From positions 11,446 to 75,445 of the forward strand of contig CABUCL010000006.1 of the NCBI GenBank assembly GCA_902490065.1: a stretch of DNA of 64,000 nt. The letters run 5' to 3'. Positions within the stretch are counted from its first letter, which is position 1, and each line of letters opens with the position of its first letter. The stretch comes from an uncultured Collinsella sp. (GTDB taxonomy: Bacteria; Actinomycetota; Coriobacteriia; Coriobacteriales; Coriobacteriaceae). Positions 38,696-49,800 of this stretch are shown in pieces. The notes beneath the pieces were generated by a model. The model saw only the letters and a list, made by a program, of their open reading frames with translations. It was not told the origin of the DNA and made no database searches. Both the position numbers and the translations under genes were made by a program.

Positions 38696-39184
38696 TTATG
38701 CCTCGCGCAGCCAATCAAACGCGACGCGCGGCGTACCGTCCGACACATATACGATACCGGCGCGCTTAAACCCGGCCTTGGCGATGGCGCCTTGCATAGG
38801 CAGGTTGTCTTGGTGCGTGTCGATACGCAGATGGTCGATACGTTCCTTGGCAAAGGCAAACATCGCGGCCGCAACGCCATGCGTGGTGCCGTCGGATGCC
38901 ACGCGGTGCAGCACGGCGTACGGAGTGTCGCTACGCCATTGACCGTCCTCAATTACGTCATAGCACTCGTCCGGGCCCGGTAAAAAGGCAAACGTCGCCA
39001 CCACGCGGCCGTCGACTTCGCACACATAGCTGCCACCGGCAGCGATATCGGCAGCCAGCTGCTCGGCCGAAGGCGTGCCCTCGGGCCACTGCGTGGCGTT
39101 GCCATGCGCGCGCATAAAGGCGCGGGCCGCATCATAGATAGCCATGACGGCGGGAATGTCGGTATCGAGGGTTTTTCTGATCAT
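38696..39184 (-). CDS. GNAT-family N-acetyltransferase
   Basis: QWPEGTP, VLHRVAS and RIDTHQDNLPMQ...GF motifs. Confidence 0.85.
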   Translation of the reverse strand: MIRKTLDTDIPAVMAIYDAARAFMRAHGNATQWPEGTPSAEQLAADIAAGGSYVCEVDGRVVATFAFLPGPDECYDVIEDGQWRSDTPYAVLHRVASDGTTHGVAAAMFAFAKERIDHLRIDTHQDNLPMQGAIAKAGFKRAGIVYVSDGTPRVAFDWLREA

Positions 39185-39261
39185 CACGCGGCGACCTCAC
39201 GTTTATTGGTATCACTTTGGTTGAGCAATGATACCAGCGTTTGGAGAGAGGCGCTAAGCAG

Positions 39262-39558
39262 ATGGGAAGCAAAAAGCGAGCCGCCTGGTCAAAGGCCAAA
39301 AGCGAGTTTTTGGGCGCTGCTACCGGCGGCGATATGAGCGACCTGTTTGCGCGCGAGGACGAGCGCCGCGACGCCCTAGACGCCGAGCGCGATGAAGCCT
39401 GGCGTTACAAGTCGTGCGAACGCAAAAACCGTTACGACACACGCGCCGAGGCCGAGGCAGTTATGGCCGACTGCGAAAACCGCGGGCGGCGTGGTTTGGC
39501 CTGCTACAAATGTGAATACTGCGGCGGCTGGCACCTGACGTCGCACCCTTGGAAATAG
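39262..39558 (+). CDS. Small hypothetical protein with C-terminal YxCxxCGGWHLT motif
   Basis: KNRYDTRAEAE...CYKCEYCGGWHLTS; probable zinc ligands. Confidence 0.7.
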   Translation: MGSKKRAAWSKAKSEFLGAATGGDMSDLFAREDERRDALDAERDEAWRYKSCERKNRYDTRAEAEAVMADCENRGRRGLACYKCEYCGGWHLTSHPWK

Positions 39559-39606
39559 AGACCGCATCGGCACGGCACTAGCGAAGCCCCGGTAATCGCA
39601 CGCAAG

Positions 39607-40311
39607 CTACGGGCGCGGCGGCACCAAAACATCGTAGCGGACGGCCTTGCCCGCAAGCTGATAGCTCGGCTTAACGCCGGCAAGCAGTGGTCCCTTCGCC
39701 GGCCGTTTGATAACGACCTTGCGCGGGTGCACCGCAAGCGCCGCCTCGACCAGCAATTCCTCGTCGGCGCATGGCTGCTCCAGATGATGTAGGAGCTGGA
39801 ACTTCTTTTTGACCGCCGCACTTTTGGTACGCTCGGGAAACATGGGGTCCAGGTACACCGCGTCGGGGGCGGCGAGCTCGCCCCGCCCGATCAACTCAGC
39901 CGTATGGCGAAGGCCGGCAATGCTGTCCTCGCCCGCATGAAGGCGCATGCGAGCCACGGCAGCCGCAAGCGCCGGATCATCTGCCGCACGATCCAAGGCA
40001 TCCTTGAGGAGCGCCGCGATCACGCAATCCTGCTCATACAGATCGACGGTAAAGCCCGCGGCCGCCAGCAGCAGCGAGTCCTCGCCAAAGCCTGCCGTGG
40101 CGTCAATCGCCCATGGGCGCTCGATGCCTTTTGTGCGCGCAGCCTTTACCAACAGCTCTTGCTGCAGACGGCCCTGCTTGAGCCGCGGAAGCATGCGGGC
40201 AAAATCGGCTCGCAACTCCATCGAGCCGTCGGTGAGCGTGAGTCCCTCGGACTTCCCGGTCAGCTCAAGCCCCGCGGCTCGAGCAACAGAAAAGGGATCG
40301 ACGATGCCCAT
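39607..40311 (-). CDS. rsmJ: RsmJ-like class I SAM-dependent rRNA methyltransferase
   Basis: DATAGFGEDS, YLDPMFP, SAAVKK and VVIKRP motifs. Confidence 0.82.
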   Translation of the reverse strand: MGIVDPFSVARAAGLELTGKSEGLTLTDGSMELRADFARMLPRLKQGRLQQELLVKAARTKGIERPWAIDATAGFGEDSLLLAAAGFTVDLYEQDCVIAALLKDALDRAADDPALAAAVARMRLHAGEDSIAGLRHTAELIGRGELAAPDAVYLDPMFPERTKSAAVKKKFQLLHHLEQPCADEELLVEAALAVHPRKVVIKRPAKGPLLAGVKPSYQLAGKAVRYDVLVPPRP

Positions 40312-40374
40312 GGGTACTCCTTAACAAGCAAAACGAATACGTGGGCGCCGTTTATGCCAGCACCCAACCGTCCG

Positions 40375-40518
40375 CTATTGTCCCACATGCGACATGGCCC
40401 ACAGCATCGCAATGCAAAGCACCGCCATCAATCCCGTGCACACGGCAGCGATCACAGAATCACCCATGCGCCTTCCCAACGACCGCGGCTCACCCACTTG
40501 CCTGACTCCGTACATCAT
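40375..40518 (-). CDS. Unannotated 47-aa single-TM small protein
   Basis: MMYGVRQVGEPRSLGRRMGDSVIAAVCTGLMAVLCIAMLWAMSHVGQ*, preceded by AAGGAGGAG; below the ORF-track cutoff. Confidence 0.55.
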   Translation of the reverse strand: MMYGVRQVGEPRSLGRRMGDSVIAAVCTGLMAVLCIAMLWAMSHVGQ

Positions 40519-40746
40519 GGCTCCTCCTTCGCTCCAGCTCTTACCATGGCCCCATCATCGCAGCGCCGCGCATACGCTGCCATCGATTTGGCTTACACCC
40601 AGCTTTCCTTTTTGAAAGGTTGGACCGTACAGGCAAGAGACGCTTTCAAACGCATGCATCGCCCCGTTGAACTACAATGTGCTTCACGATATGTGCCGCA
40701 ACCTGGGTGCGACAGATTCTCCGCACCCGCATCGAAAGGACCAGCT

Positions 40747-41148
40747 ATGAGCGCCGCTCGCAAGACACTCAAAATCCTTGCCCTGATTTATTTTGTTCTG
40801 GGCATCGCCAGTCTCGTCATTGGAATCGCCGGTATCGCGACCGGCAAGCTCGAGTCCACCTACGGATCGAACGCCATGCTCGCCGCGGTCGTGCTTGTCG
40901 CCAAGGGCGTTGTCGATCTTGCCGCAGGCGTTGCGGGCATCAAGGGTGCCAACAAGCCTTCGCAGGTGGATGGCGCGTTTAAGCTCGGTATCGTTGCCGC
41001 GGTCGCCACGCTCGTCCAGGCCGTGCTCACGCTTCCCGCGCTCGGCGGCAGCTCCGTCAATATCGTCGCCTTTGTCATCGTGGTGTACGACCTGTTCTTT
41101 GTTCAGCAGGCACACGCCGTTAAGACCGAGAACAAGGACCGCCTGTAA
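40747..41148 (+). CDS. Hypothetical 4-TM membrane protein
   Basis: GAAAGGA RBS, ATG at 40747, four hydrophobic segments, followed by a terminator. Confidence 0.75.
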   Translation: MSAARKTLKILALIYFVLGIASLVIGIAGIATGKLESTYGSNAMLAAVVLVAKGVVDLAAGVAGIKGANKPSQVDGAFKLGIVAAVATLVQAVLTLPALGGSSVNIVAFVIVVYDLFFVQQAHAVKTENKDRL

Positions 41149-41185
41149 GCACTCGCTTCTCATAACCTCTGCAGCCAAGCAACTA

Positions 41186-41222
41186 AAAAGGGCCGATCGC
41201 GCATCTCCGCGGTCGGCCCTTT
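41186..41222. terminator. Bidirectional terminator
   Basis: AAAAGGGCCGA...TCGGCCCTTT. Confidence 0.7.
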
Positions 41223-41238
41223 ACGTTTGGCCAGATAA

Positions 41239-41275
41239 AACCTGCCAAAATAAACCTGTCCCTTTTTGGCAAGTT
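41239..41275. repeat. Palindromic REP-like repeat (copy of 16852-16886)
   Basis: CCTGCCAAAATAAACCTGTCCCTTTTTGGCA. Confidence 0.75.
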
Positions 41276-41276
41276 G

Positions 41277-42092
41277 TTAGCTGTGACGGTACTCGGCGAT
41301 GATGAAGTCGATGTCGGTCTGGAGCGTGTCCAAATTTGCCAGACGCTCTTTGTCGGCAGGGCGCGTGCGGTAGTAGTACGGCGTCATCTGGAACACCGCC
41401 TCGATGTCGGCCTGGGTCTTAAGCGTAATATTCGCAGACACCCGCTGCGTTCCGACCAACTCGAGCTCGGTGGTCTTCGGCAGCTTCTCATCGTTAAGGT
41501 ACGGCGTGTCGTAGAGCACCTCCTTGAGCCCAAAGAGATGACGGGCACCTGGCACCACGGTGTAGAGCGAGCCCTCGGGCGCCAGCACGCGGGCAAACTC
41601 GCGCTCGTTAAAGGGAGCAAAGAGTTCAGTCACCATATCGAAGGCGCCATCGGCCACGGGGATGTCCTTCATGTTGGCCACGAAGTAGGTCGCATCGCCG
41701 CGCTTGGCGGCCAGGCGCACCATTTCTTTGCCCAGGTCAAAGCCGTAAGCATCCACCCCCGGCACCGCGCCCATGGCGCTGGTGTAGTAACCCTCGCCGC
41801 AGCAAATATCGAGCAGCGTCATGGGGCCGTTCGCAGACGTTGCACACCCAGACGTCTGCTTGCGCACCAGCTCGACCATTGCATCGCGCAACGGCGCATA
41901 GTAGCCACGGTTTAGAAAGTCACGACGACTGCGCGCCTGCGACTTGGGATCGCCCATAGAGTCGCCGCTCTTGGACGAGCGCAGCAGATATAGATAGCCC
42001 TCGCGCGCACGGTCAAACCAGTGTCCGCCCGCGCACACAGCACCGCGTTCGTCATCCACCAGCGGCTCATGGCAAACGGGACACAACAACAT
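41277..42092 (-). CDS. rlmA: RlmA-like 23S rRNA m1G methyltransferase
   Basis: CPVC...C..H zinc finger, FDRAREGY, CCGEGYY, HLFGLK and MTPYYY motifs. Confidence 0.85.
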   Translation of the reverse strand: MLLCPVCHEPLVDDERGAVCAGGHWFDRAREGYLYLLRSSKSGDSMGDPKSQARSRRDFLNRGYYAPLRDAMVELVRKQTSGCATSANGPMTLLDICCGEGYYTSAMGAVPGVDAYGFDLGKEMVRLAAKRGDATYFVANMKDIPVADGAFDMVTELFAPFNEREFARVLAPEGSLYTVVPGARHLFGLKEVLYDTPYLNDEKLPKTTELELVGTQRVSANITLKTQADIEAVFQMTPYYYRTRPADKERLANLDTLQTDIDFIIAEYRHS

Positions 42093-42148
42093 GGCAACTC
42101 CTTAGCGCGGACTACACAACGCCCACCATTGTCGCACGCCTTCCCCAC

Positions 42149-42208
42149 CTAGTCATTGGAGACGTTCTTGAATGACTAGTCGTTTTAGAACGTCCCCAAT
42201 GACTAGTC
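42149..42208. repeat. 27-bp GACTAGTC-junction repeat cluster (2 units)
   Basis: TAGTCATTGG(A/G)GACGTTCTT..ATGAC plus an inverted copy; same family at 55939 and 62855. Confidence 0.8.
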
Positions 42209-42270
42209 GATTAGGAGTATCATCGTCTGCGCAAATAAGCACGAAAGAGCATGTTAGAGATTGAGAGCGC

Positions 42271-43653
42271 ATGGCTGACACCGTATCTAAGCACATTGAC
42301 ATGACCACCGGCTCGCTGTGGCGCAATATTCCCCTGTTCGCCTTCCCCGTGGCCGCCACGAGCATCTTGGAGCAGCTGTCGAACCTCATCGCCACGGTCA
42401 TCATCGGTAACTTCTCGGGCGACCAGGGAACCCTCGCCATGGCGGCGGTCGGCTCCAATGTCCCGCTTACCAGTCTTATGCTCAACCTGTTTATTGGCAT
42501 GTCGCTTGGCTCCAACGTGGTCATCGCCAACGCTATCGGCCGCAACGATCAGAACATGGTCAAACGCGCCGTCCATACCTCGATTTTAATGGCGCTCGTG
42601 GGCTTTGTCGTCATTGCGCTGGGCGAGATCTTTGCCGAGCCCATGCTCGCCGCGCTCAACGTTCCCGCCGAAACCATGCCGCTCGCTTCGCTCTACCTAC
42701 GCGTCTTTTTGCTCAGCATGCCCTCGATCTTGCTTTACAACTTTGAGGCCGCGATCTTCCGCTCCGTCGGCATCACCCGCATGCCGCTGCAGGCGCTTGC
42801 CGTGTCCACCGTCCTCAACATTGGCCTGGACCTCATCTTTGTCCCCGTACTTCACTGGGGCGTCGCAGGCGTCGCCATCGCCACCGCCATCGCCTATACC
42901 GTCAGCGCCGCCACGCTCTTTATCCGCCTGCTCAAGACCGACTCCGTCGTCCGCGTCACCCCGCGTGACTTGGCTATCGACCCCGTCGCCCTCAAGCGCA
43001 TCGTCAAGATCGGCCTGCCCGCCGGCATCCAAAGCGCCGTCTTTGCCGTCGCCAACATCATCATCCAGTCTGCCATCAACAGCCTGGGCACCGAGGTCAT
43101 GGCGGCATCGAGCGCCGCCATGAGCTTGGAGTACGTGTGCTACAACCTGCTCAACAGTTTTAGCCAGGCTTGCACCACCTTTGTGGGACAAAACCACGGT
43201 GCCCGCCAGATCGACCGCTGCACCAAAACGCTCAAGGTCTGCCTGGTCGAAGGCGGTATCGTTGCACTCACCACGATCATCGTTATTGTCGGCCTGGGAC
43301 GCGAGATCTTGTCGCTGTTCAACAGCGATCCCAACATCGTCTCGATCGGCTATATCCGCGTGTGTTCGATCTTCCCGGCGTACGCCTTTAGCATGTTCTA
43401 CGAAAACATGTCCGGCTACCTGCGCGGCTTTGGTATTTCACTCACGCCCGCCCTCATCACCATGATCTGCGTCTGCGGCATCCGCTTCTATTGGGTGTTC
43501 TGCGTGTTCCCGCACTTCCGCACCTTTGCGAACATCATGATGGTCTACCCCATCAGCTTGGGCACCACGGCGTTCTTCATGGTCGTGGCGGTACTACTCT
43601 GCCACCCGGCACGCACCTATCGCGCCACCCAAGCCAAAGCGACAGCCCGCTAA
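42271..43653 (+). CDS. MATE-family efflux transporter
   Basis: DMTTGSLW, AMAAVG, NIGLDLIFV..GVAGVAIAT and FVGQNHGA motifs; about 12 TMs. Confidence 0.92.
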   Translation: MADTVSKHIDMTTGSLWRNIPLFAFPVAATSILEQLSNLIATVIIGNFSGDQGTLAMAAVGSNVPLTSLMLNLFIGMSLGSNVVIANAIGRNDQNMVKRAVHTSILMALVGFVVIALGEIFAEPMLAALNVPAETMPLASLYLRVFLLSMPSILLYNFEAAIFRSVGITRMPLQALAVSTVLNIGLDLIFVPVLHWGVAGVAIATAIAYTVSAATLFIRLLKTDSVVRVTPRDLAIDPVALKRIVKIGLPAGIQSAVFAVANIIIQSAINSLGTEVMAASSAAMSLEYVCYNLLNSFSQACTTFVGQNHGARQIDRCTKTLKVCLVEGGIVALTTIIVIVGLGREILSLFNSDPNIVSIGYIRVCSIFPAYAFSMFYENMSGYLRGFGISLTPALITMICVCGIRFYWVFCVFPHFRTFANIMMVYPISLGTTAFFMVVAVLLCHPARTYRATQAKATAR

Positions 43654-43680
43654 ACACCGCACCCAACGCCACGCCAGTCA

Positions 43681-44547
43681 TTAATTGACAATATGCGAGC
43701 TCATATAGTCGATAAAGCGCCTCGTGGCGATAGGCATGGTGTCCCAGCTGCGCCAGGCGGCCACCACGTCGCGCGAGGGGGCATGCACGATGGGCCGCAC
43801 ACGAATATCGGCTCGCATGCCCTCCACAGTACGCCGGTAGAGCATGCTCACGCCTAGGCCCTCCTCCACCATTGCCATGATGGTGTAGTCGTCGGTCACC
43901 TCACTCGTCACGTGCGGCGACAGTCCATGCGTTGCGAATGCATCGAGCACCAGACTCTGTTCGCCCTCATCCAACAGTACAAACGGCTCGGACGCCAGGT
44001 CGGCGAGCGTCACCTTTTCCTTTGCCGCCAGCGGATGCGCGGCCGGCAACAATGCCGCCAACTCGTCGTGATAGACCACGCGCTTCTCGAGCCCAGCGGT
44101 AAATCCGCGCGCCGTAAAGCAAAAATCAACCACGCCATCGTGCACCCATTGAGCGTTGCGCGTGTAATCACCCTGCTTGAGGGTAAAGTGCACGCCCGGG
44201 TGCAGAGCCCCAAAATCGCGGATCACACGTGGCAACACGGTTCGACTCACGTTGGTAAACGTCGCGATACGAATATCGGTCGAGGAGAGCCCCAGCAGCT
44301 CCTGGCGCTTGCCCTCGAGCTCGGCCTCGGCGGTCACAATCTGGCGCAGGTACGGCAGATATTGTTTACCGTCGCGCGTAAGTGAGACACCCTGCTTGCC
44401 GCGCTCGATAAGCGTGGTGCCCAGCTCGCGCTCGAGCGCCTTGACGGCCTGGCTCACCGCACTTTGCGTATAGCCCAGCTCGTCCGCCGCACGTTTCAGA
44501 CTGCCGCAATCGACCACCATACAAACAATCTGATACCGCGATGCCAT
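43681..44547 (-). CDS. LysR-family regulator
   Basis: GSLKRAADELGYTQSAVSQAVKALE HTH; divergent from an EamA gene. Confidence 0.92.
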   Translation of the reverse strand: MASRYQIVCMVVDCGSLKRAADELGYTQSAVSQAVKALERELGTTLIERGKQGVSLTRDGKQYLPYLRQIVTAEAELEGKRQELLGLSSTDIRIATFTNVSRTVLPRVIRDFGALHPGVHFTLKQGDYTRNAQWVHDGVVDFCFTARGFTAGLEKRVVYHDELAALLPAAHPLAAKEKVTLADLASEPFVLLDEGEQSLVLDAFATHGLSPHVTSEVTDDYTIMAMVEEGLGVSMLYRRTVEGMRADIRVRPIVHAPSRDVVAAWRSWDTMPIATRRFIDYMSSHIVN

Positions 44548-44705
44548 CGTGCCTCCGCATCAATGCAGCCGTAAAACGTTTTGCCAGCGCTTTTCGTGCC
44601 TACTTTAGCATTTCTTAATCATACTGAAGATACATTCGCTTTACTACATCCACATCTGGGAGCAGAATCCTTTGTGCGAAACCGTTCTGTAACAAAAGGA
44701 GTCCC

Positions 44706-45608
44706 ATGGATCGCAAAAAAGCAATCGCGCTCTCATTTTCCGTTCCCGTCGCATGGGGCTTTTCGTACCCCCTCATGAAAATCGGCATGGACAGCATGAA
44801 CGCCACGAGTATCGTCGCGCTACGCTGCATCATCGCCTTTGTGGCCTGTCTGCTGCTCTTCCACAAGCGTGTTTTCCGTATCAACCGCGACCTTATGGTC
44901 CGTGCCGCCATCATCGGCGCCATTATGGCAACCGAGCTCACCTGCATGTGCCTGGGCTCCAGCCTCACCTCCGCCTCCACCGCCGGCTTTTTGCAGAGCC
45001 TGACGGTCGTGATCGTGCCGTTTGCCAACGCCGCCCTGCTGCGTCGCGCCCCCGAGCGCAAAGTGCTCGTCGGCACCGCCATCGTCACCTGCGGCATGTT
45101 GTTGCTCTCGGGCGCCGACTTTACCAGCCTGAATCCCGGCGCAATCATCATGCTGCTCTCCGCTTTTGTCTATGCCGGCCATATCATTGTGGCGAAGCGC
45201 TTTGTCGAAGATGTCAATCCGTTAGCTCTGGGCGTTTGGCAGCTGGGCTTCGGCGGTTTATTCTCGGGTATCGCCGCATTCACCTTTGGCGGCTTCACGC
45301 TTCCCGGCACGCCGGGCGAGATTGTGGTCGTCGTCGCGCTCGCACTCATCTGCTCTGCCTATGGCTTTATCACCCAGACGCTCGTGCAGCCCCACGTGCC
45401 CGCCGAGACCACCGGCTTCGCCTTCTCGCTCGAGCCGGTCTGCTCCGCCGTCTTTTCGTTCTTCCTGGTCGGCGAGGTCCTGAGCCCCATCGCCTTCTTT
45501 GGCGCCGCCCTCATCCTCACCGGGGTCATGGTGGCAACCGTCGAGCTTCCGCGCCTCCGCGCACATGGACAAGCTCGCATGGCAGGAGCGCCCGAGCACG
45601 TCTCGTAG
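44706..45608 (+). CDS. DMT/EamA-family transporter
   Basis: WGFSYP and SLEPV motifs; about 10 TMs. Confidence 0.9.
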   Translation: MDRKKAIALSFSVPVAWGFSYPLMKIGMDSMNATSIVALRCIIAFVACLLLFHKRVFRINRDLMVRAAIIGAIMATELTCMCLGSSLTSASTAGFLQSLTVVIVPFANAALLRRAPERKVLVGTAIVTCGMLLLSGADFTSLNPGAIIMLLSAFVYAGHIIVAKRFVEDVNPLALGVWQLGFGGLFSGIAAFTFGGFTLPGTPGEIVVVVALALICSAYGFITQTLVQPHVPAETTGFAFSLEPVCSAVFSFFLVGEVLSPIAFFGAALILTGVMVATVELPRLRAHGQARMAGAPEHVS

Positions 45609-45696
45609 ACCCCACTCTTCATACAGCCGCGGCATAAAGGCAACCGGTGCGCCTTTACAATAGATACCGACAGAGCATCTGACGTAAAGGAGCCCC

Positions 45697-46422
45697 ATGG
45701 ACGCCGCGACCCGCGACCGCAACATAGCAACTTGGTTGGGCGATGCGCCGCAGCCGGTACGTGACACTACGAACCAGCTGCTCGAGCGCATCGCCCTTTT
45801 GCGTGCCGAGCAGACCATCTACCCTGCACAAGACGACATCCTCAATGCCCTCGTCTACACGCCGGCCGACCAGGTCAAGGTCGTCATCTTGGGTCAAGAC
45901 CCCTATCACGGGCCCAACCAGGCCATGGGACTGTCGTTCTCGGTCCCCGCGACGCAAACCAAGTTGCCGCCGAGCCTGCGCAACATCTATAAGGAACTCA
46001 AAGCCGATTTGGGTTGCCCCATTCCCGCCACGGGAGACCTAACACCATGGGCACAGCAGGGCGTCCTGCTTCTCAACACTACGCTCACCGTGCGCGAACA
46101 CGCCGCGAACTCGCACGCCAAACTAGGCTGGAGCACCCTGACCGACTACGTTATCGAACGCTGCTGCCAGCTGCCCCAACCGGTAGTCTTTTTGGCATGG
46201 GGCCGCTTTGCCCAGCAGATGGTCGAAGGTAAGCTCGTCGCGACTGGCGCGGGCAAGGCAACCGGTAAGTTCTGCCTGGCCTCCACGCACCCCTCGCCGC
46301 TTTCGGCCAACCGTGCCACGGCAGAACTCCCCGCCTTTATGGGGTCGCGCCCCTTCTCGGCAGCCAATCGGCTACTCGAACAGCACGGCTCGACCCCCGT
46401 CAACTGGGCTTGCCTCGGCTAA
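45697..46422 (+). CDS. ung: Uracil-DNA glycosylase family 1
   Basis: ILGQDPYH, GLSFS, PPSLRNI, VLLLN and HPSPLS motifs. Confidence 0.96.
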   Translation: MDAATRDRNIATWLGDAPQPVRDTTNQLLERIALLRAEQTIYPAQDDILNALVYTPADQVKVVILGQDPYHGPNQAMGLSFSVPATQTKLPPSLRNIYKELKADLGCPIPATGDLTPWAQQGVLLLNTTLTVREHAANSHAKLGWSTLTDYVIERCCQLPQPVVFLAWGRFAQQMVEGKLVATGAGKATGKFCLASTHPSPLSANRATAELPAFMGSRPFSAANRLLEQHGSTPVNWACLG

Positions 46423-46435
46423 AAATCGATACATC

Positions 46436-46471
46436 AAAAACGCGCCCGACGGCTTTCCATCGGGCGCGTTT
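46436..46471. terminator. Bidirectional terminator
   Basis: AAACGCGCCCGA...TCGGGCGCGTTT between convergent ung and SDR genes. Confidence 0.75.
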
Positions 46472-46472
46472 C

Positions 46473-47153
46473 CTATTCGGGCCAAATAAATTGCGTACGG
46501 CCGGCCTCGCCGCCATCGATTAGCAGACTCTGCCCGGTCATAAACCGGTTGGTCACGCCCACAAAGTAGATCCACTCGGCGATCTCTTGGGCGGTGGCCC
46601 AGCGCTTAAGCGGCGTGAGCTCCATAATCTGGTTCCACAGGTGTTCGTCTTCCATCACGCAACGGTTGAGCGGCGTGATAACGCCGCCCGGGTCCACACT
46701 GTTGGCGATGGCCTGCGGTGCCAGGCGGTTTGCAAGGTTCTTGGTGTAGGCGATAACGCCGCCCTTGCTGGCGGCATAGGCGGGAAACTCCGATCCCGTA
46801 TGTCCGCTCGCCGACCCCACATTGACCACGGATTTGATAGCCGGCGCCGGCTTGGCGGCAAGCCCCTCCCCCACAAAGGCGTAGCGCTCGGTCACATTGA
46901 TGGTGCCACACAGGTTAGCGGCGATGTCGTCGGCCGAATCCTGCGTACCGGCAACGTTCACGATTACCTGGGGTTCAAGGTCGACCGGAAACGAGTCCGG
47001 CTCGCGGACATCAACGATCAGATGGCGGTAGCGCTCGTGTTCGATCGCCGCCGGCAGCAGATCAAAGCCCACGACCTCGTGGCCCTCGTCCAAAAAGCGC
47101 TGCACGCACGCGGCTCCGATACCGCCCGAAGCGCCCGTGATCAAAACCCGCAT
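46473..47153 (-). CDS. Short-chain dehydrogenase/reductase
   Basis: TGASGGIG, NVAG and YAASK motifs; 9 bp downstream of the VUT gene with AAGGAG RBS. Confidence 0.9.
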   Translation of the reverse strand: MRVLITGASGGIGAACVQRFLDEGHEVVGFDLLPAAIEHERYRHLIVDVREPDSFPVDLEPQVIVNVAGTQDSADDIAANLCGTINVTERYAFVGEGLAAKPAPAIKSVVNVGSASGHTGSEFPAYAASKGGVIAYTKNLANRLAPQAIANSVDPGGVITPLNRCVMEDEHLWNQIMELTPLKRWATAQEIAEWIYFVGVTNRFMTGQSLLIDGGEAGRTQFIWPE

Positions 47154-47162
47154 ACTTGCTCC

Positions 47163-47885
47163 TTAGGCGGTTGCGTGGCGCTCGAGGTACTCGGAACCCA
47201 CATTCTCGCGCTCCCAGCCGCGCACGACCTTGTAGCCCACGGGGCTCAGGAAGACCTCGCACAGCAGCTCGGCGACAGCGCCGGTCAGCGAACACATAAG
47301 GACCTGCACCCAGGTCCAACCAAAGAACGTGTGGCTCACCACAATGGCAAAGACCAGGTTGTCGATAAACTGGCCAACACCCGTGGACACATAGGAGCGG
47401 AAGGCAAAGCTCGCAAAATTATTCTTTTTGAGCATACGGCCGAGCGACTGGTTGAGCGTGGAGTTAACCACGGCAGAAACGAGCATCGCCAGCGAAGAGC
47501 CCAGCACCACGTACCAGGTGCCGCCGATGGTGGCGTTGAGAGCAGTGTTGACCTCGATCATGCCCGTGTCGTAGTAAGCGCCCCACATGCCGGGCGTGAG
47601 CGAGCATGCCCAAAAGCACAGGCTCACGGCCAGGTTGACCAGCAGTGCGAGGATAGAAATTTTGATGGATGCCTTGGCGCCAAAGCGCTTGCAGATCATG
47701 TCCTGGCACAAAAACGAAACCCAGCTCACCACAAAGCCGCAATCGAGTGCCAGATATGGCAGACTGATAAGCTCTTTGTTGGCCAGCAGGTTCATCATGA
47801 TAACGCTCACGAAAAACAGCGAAACCGTTGCCGCGGGAATGCTCCGCAACAGGACCTTGTAGTCCTCCATGACCTTCTTGATCAT
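47163..47885 (-). CDS. VUT/YhhQ-family queuosine-precursor transporter
   Basis: NLLANK, FLCQDMICKRFG and RSYVSTGVGQFIDNLVF (YhhQ-type R..ST..Q..D motif). Confidence 0.85.
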   Translation of the reverse strand: MIKKVMEDYKVLLRSIPAATVSLFFVSVIMMNLLANKELISLPYLALDCGFVVSWVSFLCQDMICKRFGAKASIKISILALLVNLAVSLCFWACSLTPGMWGAYYDTGMIEVNTALNATIGGTWYVVLGSSLAMLVSAVVNSTLNQSLGRMLKKNNFASFAFRSYVSTGVGQFIDNLVFAIVVSHTFFGWTWVQVLMCSLTGAVAELLCEVFLSPVGYKVVRGWERENVGSEYLERHATA

Positions 47886-47891
47886 TATGTA

Positions 47892-47941
47892 CTCCTTTGG
47901 TTTTAGGTTTAACGAGCAGGATATCGGACCCGAACTGCTCG
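47892..47941 (-). ncRNA. Probable preQ1-I-type riboswitch
   Basis: mRNA CGAGCAG-UUCGGGUCCGAUAUC-CUGCUCG-UUAAACCUAAAACCAAAGGAG: short stem, loop starting UUC and ending C, A-rich tail running into the RBS of a VUT gene. Confidence 0.6.
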
Positions 47942-48041
47942 GACGCCCCGGTCTTGAGACGACGGTGGGTATGATAGCCGCTCACACGGCATCAGGCAAG
48001 TAAATGGCGCGGCAGCCCCGCAGGGTCACCGCGCCGATGCG

Positions 48042-49655
<1,614 letters not shown>

Positions 49656-49800
49656 GCGGATCCTTTCTTGCATTGAGTGCATTACGTCGTTGTAACCGCA
49701 CTATTGTAGCCGCGAAATCTCGCTCTAGGGCGCCTATCAGGACAAATTCATCAGTCAGAACGTGAACGGCTAGTTATCGAAAGTATTCTGCAGCAGACTG

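Noticed and set aside
39904..40746. N-terminal part of the 414-aa ORF 39904-41148
   Set aside because: It overlaps rsmJ and the small ORF on the other strand; a good RBS and ATG sit at 40747.
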